Shown: piece after piece, positions 38,840-52,200 of the stretch
How positions within the stretch are numbered: the stretch's first letter is position 1
Layout of the letters: every line of letters starts with the position of its first letter
Assembly: GCA_043228905.1 (NCBI GenBank)
Contig: JBHGNT010000017.1
Span: forward strand, 8,556,001-8,620,000
Reading direction: 5' to 3'
From: Azolla caroliniana
Taxonomy: Eukaryota; Plantae; Polypodiophyta
DNA: 64,000 nucleotides
The notes under the pieces: generated by a model
The model's database searches: none
What the model was told of the DNA's origin: nothing
The model's input: the letters and a program-made list of their open reading frames with translations, nothing else
Program-made: the position numbers and the translations under genes

Positions 38840-39848
38840 ACTAAGACCGCTTTGCCGACCGCAAAATCTTTTTCACGCGCATTTCGATGCCAGTCCACAA
38901 ATGCTTTACGCCAACGTTGCTCTTGTTCCAGTATGGCCATGCTTCGTACTCGTGTCTCGCCTAGTTCAAGCAGCTGTTGTAGCCATATTTGTTAGGATTT
39001 GTCTTCTGATAGCCGGTCTCGTACCTGAATCCACAAATTGGGTACCTGAAATTCGACTGGCATTACGGCCTCTAGCCCAAATGCTAGCCGGAAAGACGTG
39101 GATTGTATGCTAGTCTTATAGCTGGTTCGGTACGCCCATAACGCGTTGTGTAATTTGGTATCCCAGTCTGTTCTATTCTCGTTGACGATCTTTTTTAGTA
39201 TGGTTTGTAACATTTTGTTCATGGACTCCACTAAACCATTCGCCCGTGGATAATACGGCGTGCTTTTCTTGTGGACCACTTCATAGTGTTGTGTCAGCTC
39301 CCGGATGATCGAATTCAGAAAGTGGCTTCCTTGGTCGCTGATGAGCTTGATAGTGCAGCCAAAACGACACCAGATGTGTTCGTAAAGAAATTTCGTCGTC
39401 ACTGTCGCGGTATTTTCTCGTAGTGCTTTCGCTTCCACCCACTTGGTGCAATAATCAGTAACCACGAGTATATATTTATTGCTAGTCCGAGATGTCGTCG
39501 GTGTAAACGGCCCCACGAAATCGAGTCCCCATTTCTAGAATGGATCCAACGACAACACTGGTTGATGTGGCATCCTTGCAACCTCCGTGGGCTAGCCCAT
39601 CCGTTGACACAGATCGCATTGTTTGCAATATTCATACGCATCCTTTTGCGTAGTTGGCCACCATAGGCCGGCTTGCCAGACTTTACGAGCTGTAACATCG
39701 CCCGCGTAGTGTCCTCCTACCATACTGTAAAAAGTAACGTGCGGAAGCAAGTATAAAGACCGAACAGAAGGAAGAAAACTCAGGTTTAATGGAGAGCTTG
39801 AGCTTATGCAGTATACTCGGGAGAGACAGAGAGAGTGAGAGAGAGAAA

Positions 39849-41329
39849 GAAAGAAAGAAAGAAAGATGTATTAACGTCTTCTAAGGCCAAATTTGGCCCA
39901 TGAGACAATTGGTTTACAACAATAGAGTATTTATCCAGTCATCATAACTAAAATAAAATTAAGTAAAAAATAGAACTTAAACTAAAAGAGTTCTAGTACT
40001 GTACAATATGTAGTATACTCGAAAGTGACTATACACTAAGCCTAATTTTATTTCCACCCAAGCCTCTCGAAAAGAAGTGGGGGGTCAAAGGGTCTTGATG
40101 TGGGTTCCAATGTAGAGAGTGCCCTAGCCATGGCTTCTAGGCGGTGTAGCTCACGTTCCCTTATTTTCAATATTGCTTCCACATCACATCGAGTTGCTTT
40201 GAAACCCGGCACCCGAGGACGTCTGGTTCTTCTCTGGTTTTCTGCCTCATCAATGGAAAGGCCGAGTGGTGCAAGTGTGTCGGCATTCGTTGTCTCCTCA
40301 GGTTCCTGAAAAACTTCATTTGTTACATGTTCGTGATCATTAGCAACATTATTGTCAACATTTTGTAACTTATTCTCTCTGTGTTGTTTTACCTCTAGAA
40401 TGTATTTGCCTAATTTCTTTATATCTAGAGTATCTAATAGTTTGGGGAGGGTGGGAGACGGACCAAGTATGTCTTGGTATTTTGCCCTTATCTCGGCATA
40501 GGTTGGACACTTGCATGTAAAGTGGTACTCATTCTCTATCTCTATGTGACATAACCTACATATACTTTCCTCCCTAGGGACTCCACTAGTACGGCCATTT
40601 TCAATCTCAAGTTGGTGAGATGATATTCTAAGTTGTCCAATGGCAACCCTTAGTGCATGTGGTAAGAATACATCTAGATATTTTGGCCGCGTGATAAAAC
40701 CTAACTCAGAGAAGTGCATGAAGTGTTTCTTATAGTACGACATTTTAGATGGGAGTGGCTCTAGTGGGGTGATCCATTTACACCGAGTGTAAATTTGTCA
40801 TATTTCTTGGCGTATTACTTTATTGCGGTTCTCATGGGAGATTAAGGTGTTATCACTCGTGTGGTTGTACCTAAGGGGAGGTAGGTTATTAATGTCTAGA
40901 CCATTCGCAAGAAGCCAACTCACCATCATGCCATACCATGAGCTAGTATAGCCGGACTCATACAATGATCGAGAGGCCTTAAAGGCTTGATGAGATATTC
41001 TATCATGTGGTTGGCTATGTATCCTATCAATGAAGACTACAAGTTGAAAAAGTGCCTCTACTAGCATTGGGGGTAACGTGAACTCGGCCCTAATAATGTC
41101 ATGTGGTACAGTCGATTTGCGTCGGAGTTGGCGTGATAGCATCATCACCAATGGTCTCTCTAATTGCGTCCACATGAAGGATGGTAATCCTGGAGCCCAA
41201 ACCGCTGATGCATACATGAGGGAGGGGGTCACTAATGAGTCAAAGAGCCACCCTTTAGTTCGTGGCTCTTGAAAGTGTGCTTGGTGGCATTGTCTCTCTA
41301 GGAGTGAGAGGGATGCATGTCCTCTCGTA
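39849..41329 (-). mobile_element. 5'-truncated non-LTR retrotransposon (RTEX/RTE-like) in the copia 3' LTR
   Basis: LRISSHQLEIENGR...ICRLC...ENEYHF...CPTY motif; (TTTC)n tail; candidate TSD AGAGAAA at 39842-39848 and 41330-41336. Confidence 0.82.
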
Positions 41330-41795
41330 AGAGAAAAAACAAGAACTATATTCAAAAAAGGTACTCAATCTCTATTCACCACACTCTATACATATGTGTG
41401 TTCAATGAACACTTTTATACAAGTCCTAGAAGGACTGACCGAAGTACTGACAGTACTTCAATGCTCATTAAGAGCTCCTACACTAACTCCCAAATATATT
41501 CCTCATGGAATATCTTTCCTAACGGCCTCCCGGTTTACGCACCGGTCTGCGTACCAGTTTATGCATTCGGCCTAACCGATCGGTCCCAACCGATCCGGTC
41601 CTCGGCTTCTTCAACTGATCCGGCCGATGTTGAGCTTGTCTCTCAACACTCCCCCTCAAGCTCAACTTGAGGCTCTTCGGGATCTTCGGGCTCACAGCTC
41701 CGGTTCTTCCTGGCTTCACGCCTCGTTCGCGCTCCACGACCTGTTCGACTCCGTGCGCTTCGACCCTTCCGGTCGGCTTGTCTGCTCATGTGGCC

Positions 41796-44700
41796 CTAAT
41801 CAGCTCTTCTGTTGTTGCGGTGTTGCCGCTTCTTCAGCTGCCTTTTCTTCCGCTTGGGCCTCGGTTGATTCAGCGTATCTGAATCAAACATCTGAACCGA
41901 CTCGGCTACCTCCGATCGGTTTTCGCTCTCGTCCGAGTTGGCTGTCTCCAACTTGTCTTCGGTCTTCTCGCCCTCGATGGCATCATCTTCCCCATGCATG
42001 GTTGGCTTCGGCTCTCTCCTTCGGTTGCTCCCCTTCTGTCCGCTTCCGAACTTTTCCGCGGGTCCGCCCTCGGCTTCTTCAGCCGATCTGAAGTCGAACT
42101 CGACAACTGAGTCAACCGACTCGGTGGTGTCGCGGTCTCCGCTCCTTTCCTGCTGCCTTGCTTGGTCGTTCGGGACTGTTCTCCCCCTCAAGTTTGGCAC
42201 GTCGAGGTGACGCAATCCGAGCGCACCTGAGAATTGCCGCAACTTGTCCAGACTAAGAGGCTTGGTGAAGATGTCGGTAGTTTGTCGATCCGTCGGAACG
42301 TACTGAAGTTCGACTTCACCGGAAAGGACACGCTCACGGACGAAATGGTAGTGCACCTCAATGTGCTTGGTCTGTGCGTGGAAAACGGGGTTTTTCGCGA
42401 GTTGGATGCTGCTGAGGTTGTCGCAGTAGATCGTCGTCAGATCTGACACCTCCTCTTGCAGGTCCTTAAGTAGCCGCTTCAACCATATGGCTTCGCATGT
42501 CGCGACAACTGATCCTAGGTACTCAGCTTTGGTGTTCGACAATGCAACTGTCGGCTGCTTCTTACTGCTCCACGCGATCGCGGCACTCCCGAGGGAGAAC
42601 ACATATCTGGACGTGGATCGGCGATCAGCGGCGTTGCCAGTCCAATCAGCATCGGTGTAGCCGACTAATTGCGCGGCTGCACCGGTCCGATATAGCAATC
42701 CCCGGTCCTTAGTGTCGTTGACATACCGAAGTATGCGTTGTGCATACAGGAGGTGCTCCTCGGTAGGTTGCGCCATGAACTGACTGATCACTCCGACTGG
42801 ATAACTGAGGTCGGGTCGGGTGATGGTCAAGTATATGAGGCTTCCGACAATTTGTCGGAACCTCTTCGGGTCGCATACCTTTCCCGTATCGGGACGAAGC
42901 TTGACGGTTCTGTCCAGAGGAGTCGAGACGGACTTACAGTCGGCCATCCCGAATTTGAAGAGCATACTCAGCACGTAATGACGTTGGCTGATTAATATGC
43001 CTTCGGGGGTACGGATTACTTCGATCCTGAGGAAGTAATGAAGGTCCCCCAAATCCTTCATGTCGAACGATGCCGCAAGTTGGAGCTTCACGCGGTCGAT
43101 TTCACCTAGGTCGGCGCCGGTGATGACCAAGTCATCAACATATAGTAAAATACTAACCGGTCCGAGTCGACCTTTCCGGATGAACAGGGAAGAGTCCGAT
43201 TTTGACGTGACCAAGCCCATCCGACGCAGTTGTTGCGTGATCTTCGCGTTCCAGGCACGCAGGGCTTGCTTCAGTCCGTCAAGGGACTTCTTCAGTCGGC
43301 ATACTGCCGAGGAGTTCGTTCCAGAGTGAAATCCGGGGGGATGTACCATGTACACCTGTTCCTCAAGGTCACCTTGCAGGAACGCATTCTTTACATCCAT
43401 CTGATGTAAGTGCCACCCCTTCACCGCAGCTACTGCGAGCAAAACACGGACGGTCGTCATTTTCGCGACCGGCGCAAATGTCTCATCGTAGTCGATGCCA
43501 TGTTTCTGCGCGTAGCCCTTTGCCACTAGCCGAGCCTTGTACCGGTTGACCGAGCCATCGGTGTTGTACTTGACCTTGTACACCCACCTACACCCTATCG
43601 GTTTTACCCCTGTTGGTGCGTCAACCAGGTCCCAGGTCTCGTTCTCCGCCAATGCGTGCATCTCTTCCTCCATCGCGGCATGCCAGTTCGCGTCTTTAGC
43701 CGCTTCGGCGTAGCTCTCCGGTTCACGCACTTTCACTACACGGGTCATGTACGCATAATGATGCGCCATATACTCATTGTATCCGAACCGCAAAACAGGG
43801 TTCTTCTGGCGGGTAGATCGGCGTAATCTCACATTAGCTGATGTCGAGGCCTTCTCGGTCGACGCGGACTTCACCTTTAAAGACCCGTCACCGGTTCCCT
43901 CGGAGTCGGACTCGCGTCGGTCTGACTCGTTCCTATCCGTTCCGGAATCCGACACCTTCTTCTTCCCTTTCTCTTTGCGCGTAAGCCGTCTCCTCAGCTT
44001 CCTGTGCGGGGAATGCACGGCCCAGTCTCCACTACTCGCCGGCTCTTCATCCGACTGATCGTACCGACTCAGTCGTCCAATCGATCCACTTAAACGGAGT
44101 GAAATCGGACTCTCTTCGCGGGTCTCGATTTCGGGCTCATCCGGAGGCATCTCGGCCTCTCTGACCTCATCGTCAGAGCTCGGATTGGAGTCGGGGCTCG
44201 GAGTCGAGGGCTGGTACCAGGACGCGGACTCGTCAAACACAACGTCGCGGCTGACACGCGCTTGTTTGGTGTGAGGGTTATAGCACTTATAACCCTTCTT
44301 CTCGTCCGAGTAACCGACCAAGATGCATTTCTCGGCCTTTGCGTCCAGCTTCCTCCTTTTCTCCTTCGGTACATGCATATACGCAATGCTACCGAACACC
44401 CTCAAGTGTCGCAAGTTCGGCTTCGTTCCGAAATATAGCTCGTGCGCCAACACTTTGTCTACGATCCGGTTCTGGATGTATACTGCGGTCCTTACCGCCT
44501 CGGCCCAGTAGAACTTGGGCAAGCTCTTCTCCTCCAGCATTGCCCGTGCCGCTTCCACAACTGACCGATTCTTCCTCTCGGCCATGTCGTTCTGCTCCGG
44601 CGTGTATCTACAACTGAATTTGCACCGAATTCCCATTTGTTGTAGATATCCGTTGAATTGACCAGAAAAGTACTCTTTCCCGCCATCTGACCGCAGGCAC

Positions 44701-45008
44701 TTGATCCTTCGTCCCGTTTCCGTTTCCACGAACCCTTTGAGGTTCCGGAAACAGTCGAAGACTTCGCTCTTCCTCTCAATGAGGTAGATCCACGTGTGCC
44801 GCGTGTGGTCGTCGATGAAGGAGACGAAATATCGGCTCCCGCCAAGACTAACGTTTTGTGTCGGCCCCCATACATCGGAGTGTATAAGGTCGAGCTTGTT
44901 CCGGCTCCGGTTTCGCTCGTTTGGGAAAGGACGTCGGTGTTGCTTCCCGAGCTGGCAGGCTTCACAAATTTGTGCCTTTCGGCCACTAAATTTGGGCAAT
45001 CCAAACAA
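41796..45008 (-). CDS. pol: Copia integrase-RT-RNase H ORF; gag-protease part (45039-46480) is frameshifted
   Basis: 1070-aa ORF; LRSDGGKEY; KARLVAKG; LLYVDDLV; TKHIEVHYHF; WYVDSGASNHMT upstream. Confidence 0.9.
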   Translation of the reverse strand: MFGLPKFSGRKAQICEACQLGKQHRRPFPNERNRSRNKLDLIHSDVWGPTQNVSLGGSRYFVSFIDDHTRHTWIYLIERKSEVFDCFRNLKGFVETETGRRIKCLRSDGGKEYFSGQFNGYLQQMGIRCKFSCRYTPEQNDMAERKNRSVVEAARAMLEEKSLPKFYWAEAVRTAVYIQNRIVDKVLAHELYFGTKPNLRHLRVFGSIAYMHVPKEKRRKLDAKAEKCILVGYSDEKKGYKCYNPHTKQARVSRDVVFDESASWYQPSTPSPDSNPSSDDEVREAEMPPDEPEIETREESPISLRLSGSIGRLSRYDQSDEEPASSGDWAVHSPHRKLRRRLTRKEKGKKKVSDSGTDRNESDRRESDSEGTGDGSLKVKSASTEKASTSANVRLRRSTRQKNPVLRFGYNEYMAHHYAYMTRVVKVREPESYAEAAKDANWHAAMEEEMHALAENETWDLVDAPTGVKPIGCRWVYKVKYNTDGSVNRYKARLVAKGYAQKHGIDYDETFAPVAKMTTVRVLLAVAAVKGWHLHQMDVKNAFLQGDLEEQVYMVHPPGFHSGTNSSAVCRLKKSLDGLKQALRAWNAKITQQLRRMGLVTSKSDSSLFIRKGRLGPVSILLYVDDLVITGADLGEIDRVKLQLAASFDMKDLGDLHYFLRIEVIRTPEGILISQRHYVLSMLFKFGMADCKSVSTPLDRTVKLRPDTGKVCDPKRFRQIVGSLIYLTITRPDLSYPVGVISQFMAQPTEEHLLYAQRILRYVNDTKDRGLLYRTGAAAQLVGYTDADWTGNAADRRSTSRYVFSLGSAAIAWSSKKQPTVALSNTKAEYLGSVVATCEAIWLKRLLKDLQEEVSDLTTIYCDNLSSIQLAKNPVFHAQTKHIEVHYHFVRERVLSGEVELQYVPTDRQTTDIFTKPLSLDKLRQFSGALGLRHLDVPNLRGRTVPNDQARQQERSGDRDTTESVDSVVEFDFRSAEEAEGGPAEKFGSGQKGSNRRREPKPTMHGEDDAIEGEKTEDKLETANSDESENRSEVAESVQMFDSDTLNQPRPKRKKRQLKKRQHRNNRRAD

Positions 45009-48000
45009 TACCTGTTTCGATTGCAGATCTTGAAGCCACTAGTAGTTGACGTGGCCTATCCGCTTGTGCGACAAGTCGATGTCCGACTCGGATTTTTGTC
45101 CTTTTGCGAACATTGCGGTGCCGCCGTCAGTGGAATCGAGGATGAACATCCTCCCGTCTCTGCGCCCTTGCGTAATCACACGGCCTTCTTCCTCAATGAA
45201 GCACCCGAGGTGTGTAAACCGAACCTCCATCCCTTGGTCGACGATCTGTCCGACCGAGACCAAGTTCTTCGTGATTGTCGGAACGTGCAGCACATTCATG
45301 AGTTTCCCTTTCTGCCCGACATGGCTAAGGGGGACTTCTCCGACATTCGCGATCGGATGCGGAGTGTCGTCTCCAGTTGCGACTACTCTAGATTGTATCG
45401 GTTTTTCAAGGTACGAGAACCACTCCTTATGGCTCGTCATGTGGTTTGACGCGCCGGAGTCTACGTACCACACCTCGTCCGATCTCGGGGTGGTCCATTT
45501 CATTGAGTTTGCTTCGTGTCTCGTCACGAAGGCAGACCCTTCTCCGGCTCTCCTAGAGTCTTCGGCGTAGTGCGATCGCTGCCAATTTCCCTTGTTGGTA
45601 TGTCCGAAGCCGTTTCCGGAACCGGTTCTCTCCGAATCAGCGCGCTTCTTCCAGCACTCACTTTCCCTGTGGCCCTTCTTGCCACAGTACCAGCACTCCG
45701 CAATGACCTTCCCTTGCCGGTTCTCATCGCTTCAACTCCCCCTTTTTCCAGAGGGCCCGGAGTTGCTGTCGGCATCACTTCGGTGCCTTCTTCCTTGATC
45801 TCGTCGGCCGCCTCCATTGCGCGCCGACTCACCTCGTCCTCCACGTCCACGGGGCCTGTCTCCCTCCGTGTACAACATTCTGTTGTCGGTGTACGTGCTT
45901 GTAGACGCACCCGCGTGGTTCTCCTCTACTAGGAGCATTGACTGTAAGTTGAAAAAGGACGGCGTATTCTCCCGGGTACACACAGGCGTTCGGAACGCTC
46001 CGAACTTCGACGCCAAACCTCTGAGACATATCTGGCCATCTCGCTCTCCTCGATGTTCACCTCTATGGAGGCGAGGGAGTCGCAGATATCCTTGATCTTC
46101 GAGGTATAGTCAGCCACCGATAAGTCGCGTTGTCGTAGGTTGCTCAACTCTTGTCAAAGCTGAAGCTTCTTGGTTGTGGTGCTCGCGGCGAAAATCTTCT
46201 TCAGATTTTCCCACGCACCCTTCGGCGTCTTTGCATGCCGAACATAGCTCAATAGTTGATCGCCCACACACGACGCGAAGTAGTATAATACCCTACTCGC
46301 CGATTGCTCCCACGACAGGAAGTCTTTGTGTGTCAATTCGGGTGCCGCGTCATTAGCTCCTTCGACATAACTCCAGTAGTCGTGCCCGAGCAGGTACTGG
46401 TGCATCTTGTAGGACCAAGACGCGTCGTTGGTTCTGTCGAGCTTCTCTGTTGGAAGCGAGCTTGCCATGCCTCTATCCATCGTTCTTCTTGTTCTTCTTC
46501 GTCAAGCTATGTCGGTTGCAGAGAGGTTCTCAACCCTCGCGCTCTGATACCATGTAAAAAGTAACGTGCGCAAGCAAGTATAAAGACTTAGGTTTAATGG
46601 AGAGCTTGAGCTTACGCAGTATACTCAGGAGAGACAAAGAGAGTGAGAGAGAGAGAGAAAAAACAAGAACTATATTCAAAAAAGGTACTCAATCTCTATT
46701 CACCACACTCTATACATATGTGTGTTCAATGAACACTTTTATACAAGTCCTAGAAGGACTGACCGAAGTACTGACAGTACTTCAATGCTCATTAAGAGCT
46801 CCTACACTAACTCCCAAATATATTCCTCACGGAATATCTTTCCTAACGGCCTCCCGGTTTACGCACCGGTCTGCGTACCGGTTTACACATTCGGCCTAAC
46901 CGATCGGTCCCAACCGATCCGGTCCTCGGCTTCTTCAGCCGATCCGGCCGATGTTGAGCTTGTCTCTCAACACGTACCACAGTGAGCTTTGCGTAAGACC
47001 GCTTCCTTCTCATCCTGGCGTATTCCGCGTCGCCAGATCCCGTCGCTGCCTTTGTGATACAGGACCCCTTCGACCAAACAGAAGTTACGACTTCGGACGG
47101 CCAATCGTTTCTTTTCGTCCGTCCTTAATTGCGGCGGTGGTAATCCTGTGGTCAGAAAGAATGTCATCTCCATCAACCAACAATCGGGAAAAGTTTTTCC
47201 GTACATGTGGCTATAGTTGCTATCCGCAATATGTTTGCATCAGGAAAGTCATCGTCATCCTTTCGCACCGTTTCTCCATTATCTATCTTGCTTAAGAAAT
47301 TTGCTACAGCGTGTTGCGTACCCAGTCGATGTTGTATAACAAAGTCGAACTCCTGGAGCAACAACATCCATCTAGCCAATTTTCTTGTTAGTGCCTGCTT
47401 CCCCTCCAGGTATAGCAGCGTCGTGTGGTCCACGTGAAACGTAAATTTCTGCCCCAATAGATAATGTCGGAATTTATTGATGATGTATATCATCCCCAAC
47501 GCTTCTCGTTCCGTTGTGGAGTAGTTATTCTCCGCCTTTGATAGCTTCCTACTAGCGTAATATACTGGTTTGTACCAAGTCAGCTCCGTGAGCTGCATCA
47601 ACGCACTACCTATTGCTATGTCCAAGGCGTCTACAAAAACGTGAAATGGTTTCCCCCAATCTGGTGGTTGTACGACTGGTGCTTGAGTCAGCATTATTTT
47701 AAGCGCATCGTATGCCTTTTCTTCAGTTGTCGTCCAGTTGAAAGGTGTACGGTGGACGGCGGCATGTAACAGCGTGGCGAAATCCGCTAGATATCGTAAC
47801 ATCCGACTATGCCAGTGTATTTGTCCTAGAAAACGGCTGAGTGCTTTGGTCGTTGTTGGCGTTTTTTCTTGAATGATCACGGAAATTTTATTAGGATCCA
47901 TCGTTATCCCCTCCTTGTTGACGATGTGGCCGAGGAGGGCTCCACTTGTGACGTCGAACGCGCATTTGGCTGGATTCAGGCTTAAGCGTGCAGCCTAGCA

Positions 48001-49733
48001 GCACTCCAGACACAGTCGTAAATGACTCACATGGTCGGTTGTTGTCCCATACAATGCGAAATTGTCCAGAAAGACTTGCATGAAGGCGGGTATGTAATCC
48101 CTAAAAATTTCCGTAATTGTCCGTTGGAATGTCGTAGGCGTCGTCTTTAACCCGAACATCATGACTACCGCAACATAAACCCCCCAGTCGGTGACAAACA
48201 TCGTCTTCTCTTGGTCGTCAGGATGCATGCATACTTGATTGTATCCACTAAAGCCGTCTAGAAAATTGTACGTGTCATGCCCTGCGACTGCGTCCAATAC
48301 GCTGTCGGTGAAAGGTAAGGGAAACGTATCTGTAATAGTTACGACGTTCAACTTCCAATAGTCTACGCAAACGCGGATTTTTCCATTTTTCTTCGGAACT
48401 ACGACTATCGGGCTCAGCCACATAGCTTGCTTGACTGATCGAATGAATCCAACTTTGAGAAGTTTGTCAATTTCTTCTTTTACGCGAGCCGCGTAGTTCG
48501 GATTCATTCGATATCGACACTGCTGAACAGGTTTCGCATCGGTAGCTAAATTGATCTTATGCTGGTAGAATTTTGGAGCTAATCCCTTCATGTCTTCGTG
48601 GGACCATGCGAACACATCTTTATATTCCTTGAGCAGAGCTAACATCGCCTCTTTCTGATCCGGTGGTAAGTCTTTCGTGATGGAGAGTAATCGAGGATCC
48701 GCCGTCGTTTCTACGTTAACTTCTTCCAATGTTGAGGCAATGACTCGTTGTGAAATTTCCATTTCTTTCTTGACACGGCCCGTGCTCGGTTTAATTCCAG
48801 TATCGACTCTGGGTTCAGTTCATAAGCCTCTTCGTGAACTGTAGTGGGAGTAGCGTACTCCGTCGTGGTTTCTATTACGTCAATTTCAAATAGCGAGATG
48901 ATTCGCGGGTGCTCATCCAAGTACGCTTCCAGCTCTGTATCATCTACTCCTTCCAGCATATTTATGTCTTCCGCGTACAATGGTGTCATTCCTTTGGGTT
49001 GCGCCATCATTTCTTTTGTGGGTACGCGAACTTTGTTGCGTCCTCGTCGGAAACTAATACAATTATGTTGCCAGCTCTGTTTGATGTTCGTCGAACGAAG
49101 CCAAGGTTTGCCAAGCAGTATTGGGTATGCTTCCGGAGCGTCGAGTGCGAGTACTACCGCCGAGATGTCAAAGTGGTGACCGCCAATGACGATGCATAGT
49201 TTCCGGATTAAGCCTAAGGGCCTGATAGATCAGGTATCTGCCATGCGAAGCCAAAAAGGGCAAGTTTCCCATTCCGAAATTCCTAACTATTCACACGTCT
49301 TTGCACTAATCACATTAACGGTCGAGCCCCCGTCGATTATACAGCCTGTTATTTCCTTCCCATGTAGTACTAGCTTAATGGCTGGATTGTGGTGATCCAC
49401 CACCGTTGGTCCGGCACTAGTTTCGGCAAAATTTGCTGAGACGTTTATACTAGGCCTACCTGTTATGCGATCTTCGACGGTTTGCTGAAATCGTGGAACT
49501 AGTTGAAGGAGTTTTTCCATAGTTATGGTTATTTCGCAATCCGCCAGTGCTTGCCATATGGGGTCCGGGGATATTATGTTTTCTTCTATCGGCCCATCCT
49601 TGTTTGCAGACTCCTACCGCATACGCGTCGTATTGGCCACATTTGCTTTTTCTACCCATGCTTGGGCCGCTTTGCGTACCTCATCTTGTGCAGCCCAGTC
49701 CGCATTCTTTGTTTGTTGCCGTGTCGTGACCTG

Positions 49734-50186
49734 TGTTACCCGTTCCTTTGGGTGAACACCTTCGATAGATCTGCGTCTATCGGTCTTCAAGGGCGTGGTA
49801 CGTGAAGGCTCGTAACAGAGGCGTAGAGAGAGATACAGGGCTCAGAGAGAAAACACTAGCGAGGTTTTGATAGACGTGGCGGCGTGAAACTCATAGGTAT
49901 GGATCAAAGCACAGACCCATGCAGCAAAATAGGCACAATTAAGATATATTACTATGGCAGAAAAGGATTACAGAACACGGCCTATGCTGGTGACCTTACG
50001 AGTTTATCTAATTACGAATGACTAAGCTAGTTCTTCCGCCTATAATTTTCTTCTCCCCCTCTAAGGTACTGCTCCTCGTTTAAATAACTTTTCCCCTAAC
50101 ACACAGCCGAGCCATCGGTGGCCCGTGATACTCGGACTCGGCGTTTGCTAATTTCCTAATTTTACATTTCTGTCCTCTGGACAACA
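49734..50186. mobile_element. Solo LTR at the gag/pol junction of the gypsy
   Basis: TGTTACC...GGACAACA; TSD ACCTG at 49729-49733 and 50187-50191; removal restores EVQQVTTR. Confidence 0.88.
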
Positions 50187-52200
50187 ACCTGCTGAACTTC
50201 TGTCGTAATCGTATTTACAACTGGTCCTTTGCCCTTGCGCAGTGGACATTGAGTTTCATAATGTCCCGGCTGTTGGCAGACAAAACAATGTATGTTGGAC
50301 TCTCCTTTCTCTGCAGCTGGTGGCGGATTCCTATCCCCAAGCGTCGTTGGCTCCTCCTGGTCTTGTTGCATTCTCCTGGAATTCCAGGGTGTTTGCAGTT
50401 GGTCCCTGTGTGACTCCTGGCGCCGGTCATCCTCCGAACTTTCCTTGTAACGTTGTTGGATCCTATACTGTCGATGCTTTCCTTGTGAGCGTGGCCCATT
50501 GAATCCACCCCGCTTATTCGTCGAACGGTGGTTGTCGTAACAACGCCCTCCTTTATTATACCGGTGGTTGACCCGATATTCTTCTTCCTCTGGCTCCTCT
50601 TCATCGGAATCGTTGTTATTCCGGAAATTATGGTAGTGCCAGTCATCACATGGATTTTGATCCATATATCGGGGTCGTTCCTCTTGGCGCCCTGGATCAT
50701 TTCGGCGAGGTGGTCGTTGTGGTTCTACGCGTCGTACTGTGGGCGTAGGTTTGTTCAGCATATTGTACTCACATTGCTCGACCGTGTGTGCCTTTGAGTA
50801 ACAAATTGGGCAATGAATTCGCATATTGCATTCCACCGCGGAATGCCCGGAATTGAGGCAAATCGTGCACTGAATAGCCTGACGAAAGTGGCGTTCCTCG
50901 TTCTGAGGCAATGCCTGTCGTAATGAGGACAGAGAAAATCCTTCCTCCTCTTTATCCAACTCAAGCTATAATGCTTGCTCAATGACCATATCAGTTGTTT
51001 CCCCTTTCACACTACATGTGTTGAGCGTCGTCCTGATAGGCTGCCACAAGGCTACCAAAAACGTCTCCCTAGCCTCGACATCTGTTGGGGCCCGTTCTAA
51101 TTTCCGTCGTAGATTTTGGAAGCGTAAGCTAAAGTCCCCGAGCAATTCTGTTGGCAGTTGCTTGATTGTGTAGAACTGCCCGATGATTTCGCGTTGAGGT
51201 ACCCTCCGATGAAAAAAGCGCAGAAATGTTGACTGCAACTGGCCGAAGGTGTGGATTGCTGGTAGATCCATCTGTGAATGCCAAAACGCAACTCTACCAT
51301 CCAGAGTTAAACCAAACTCTGTCATTTTTTACTGGCGTGCTTCCTCTTCTGGAAATCGTTGCGCCATGTGATTCGTGTTCCAAACGTTCAGGAATAGCCG
51401 AATGTGGCTTGCGGCGTCTGTTTCGCCATTAAAGCGTGGGTAAAAGAATGTCATTCCAGATGCGATGGTGGGCAGGGAAAGATCACCATACTCGTGTGGT
51501 GACAGAACTTCCCGCTTGACGTCGCGGTGTTGAGTGTGCATGGAGTCGACTTTGTGGTCCGGACAATATCACTAAGGCGAGGTTTTTGCCTTGCGCGCTC
51601 CTCTATCTAGCGTGTGATGGACCTCGTGAGTGGTCGGACTTGTATGGTCGATTCTCTGGGCCGTCTACGGCTAGACATCCATCCCTTGTTGTTCGTATGC
51701 GAGAAATCACAGATCACCAAGCATGCCAAAAGTGTTACCGATTAGGAACATTGTCTATGCTCAGTCCTTCGACGTAGACCTCAAGGTGACCATGTTACAA
51801 GGAATAGAACCGGCGTATCGTAAATCGTAATGGGGTACTCCCTCGTATCCTAGTAGCATATAAGGGAGACGTCTACAACCGAACTCCTTAGGAAGTGCAC
51901 TAGTATCCGCACTTACACCTACACCCTTACGATTAACAGTACGCAATAGAGAAACAAAGAACACAACAGAGAAAACCACAGTTATGCACACAGATCAGAG
52001 AAGATAGTATTCTATTAGAAAAACGCTCTATACTCCAAAATTACATGCTCCCTCTTACAGAGGATTTCTGCCCTTTATATACACAGGGCTTCTAGCCGTT
52101 CACGCTTCCCGCATGAACCATTACATGCATTTCTTAACACTTTACTATATTATAATGTTTCTACTCTTCTGTTCGTTGGTTACAATTCCTGCGGACAACA

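Larger units (their letters stand above)
39726..46972 (-). mobile_element. Full-length Ty1/copia element inserted in the gypsy integrase zinc finger
   Basis: 5' LTR 46553-46972; 3' LTR 39726-41648 (LINE-interrupted); iMet PBS TGGTATCAGAGC 46541-46552; PPT 41649-41658; TSD CATAC/CGTAC; removal restores AHCG(T)VGGHYAG. Confidence 0.93.
38840..52200 (-). mobile_element. Non-chromovirus Ty3/gypsy element, 3' end lost; 5' LTR 51733-52200
   Basis: gag 51541-50192 with CCHC knuckles; protease IIDGGSTVNV; RT FLDGFSGYNQ; RNase H NYSTTEREAL; integrase SDQGSHF; LTR TGTT...AACA. Confidence 0.88.

Noticed and set aside
51712-51728. Arg-type PBS of the minus-strand gypsy
   Set aside because: Position fits (TGGCATGCTTGGTG) but it is too degenerate to assign a tRNA
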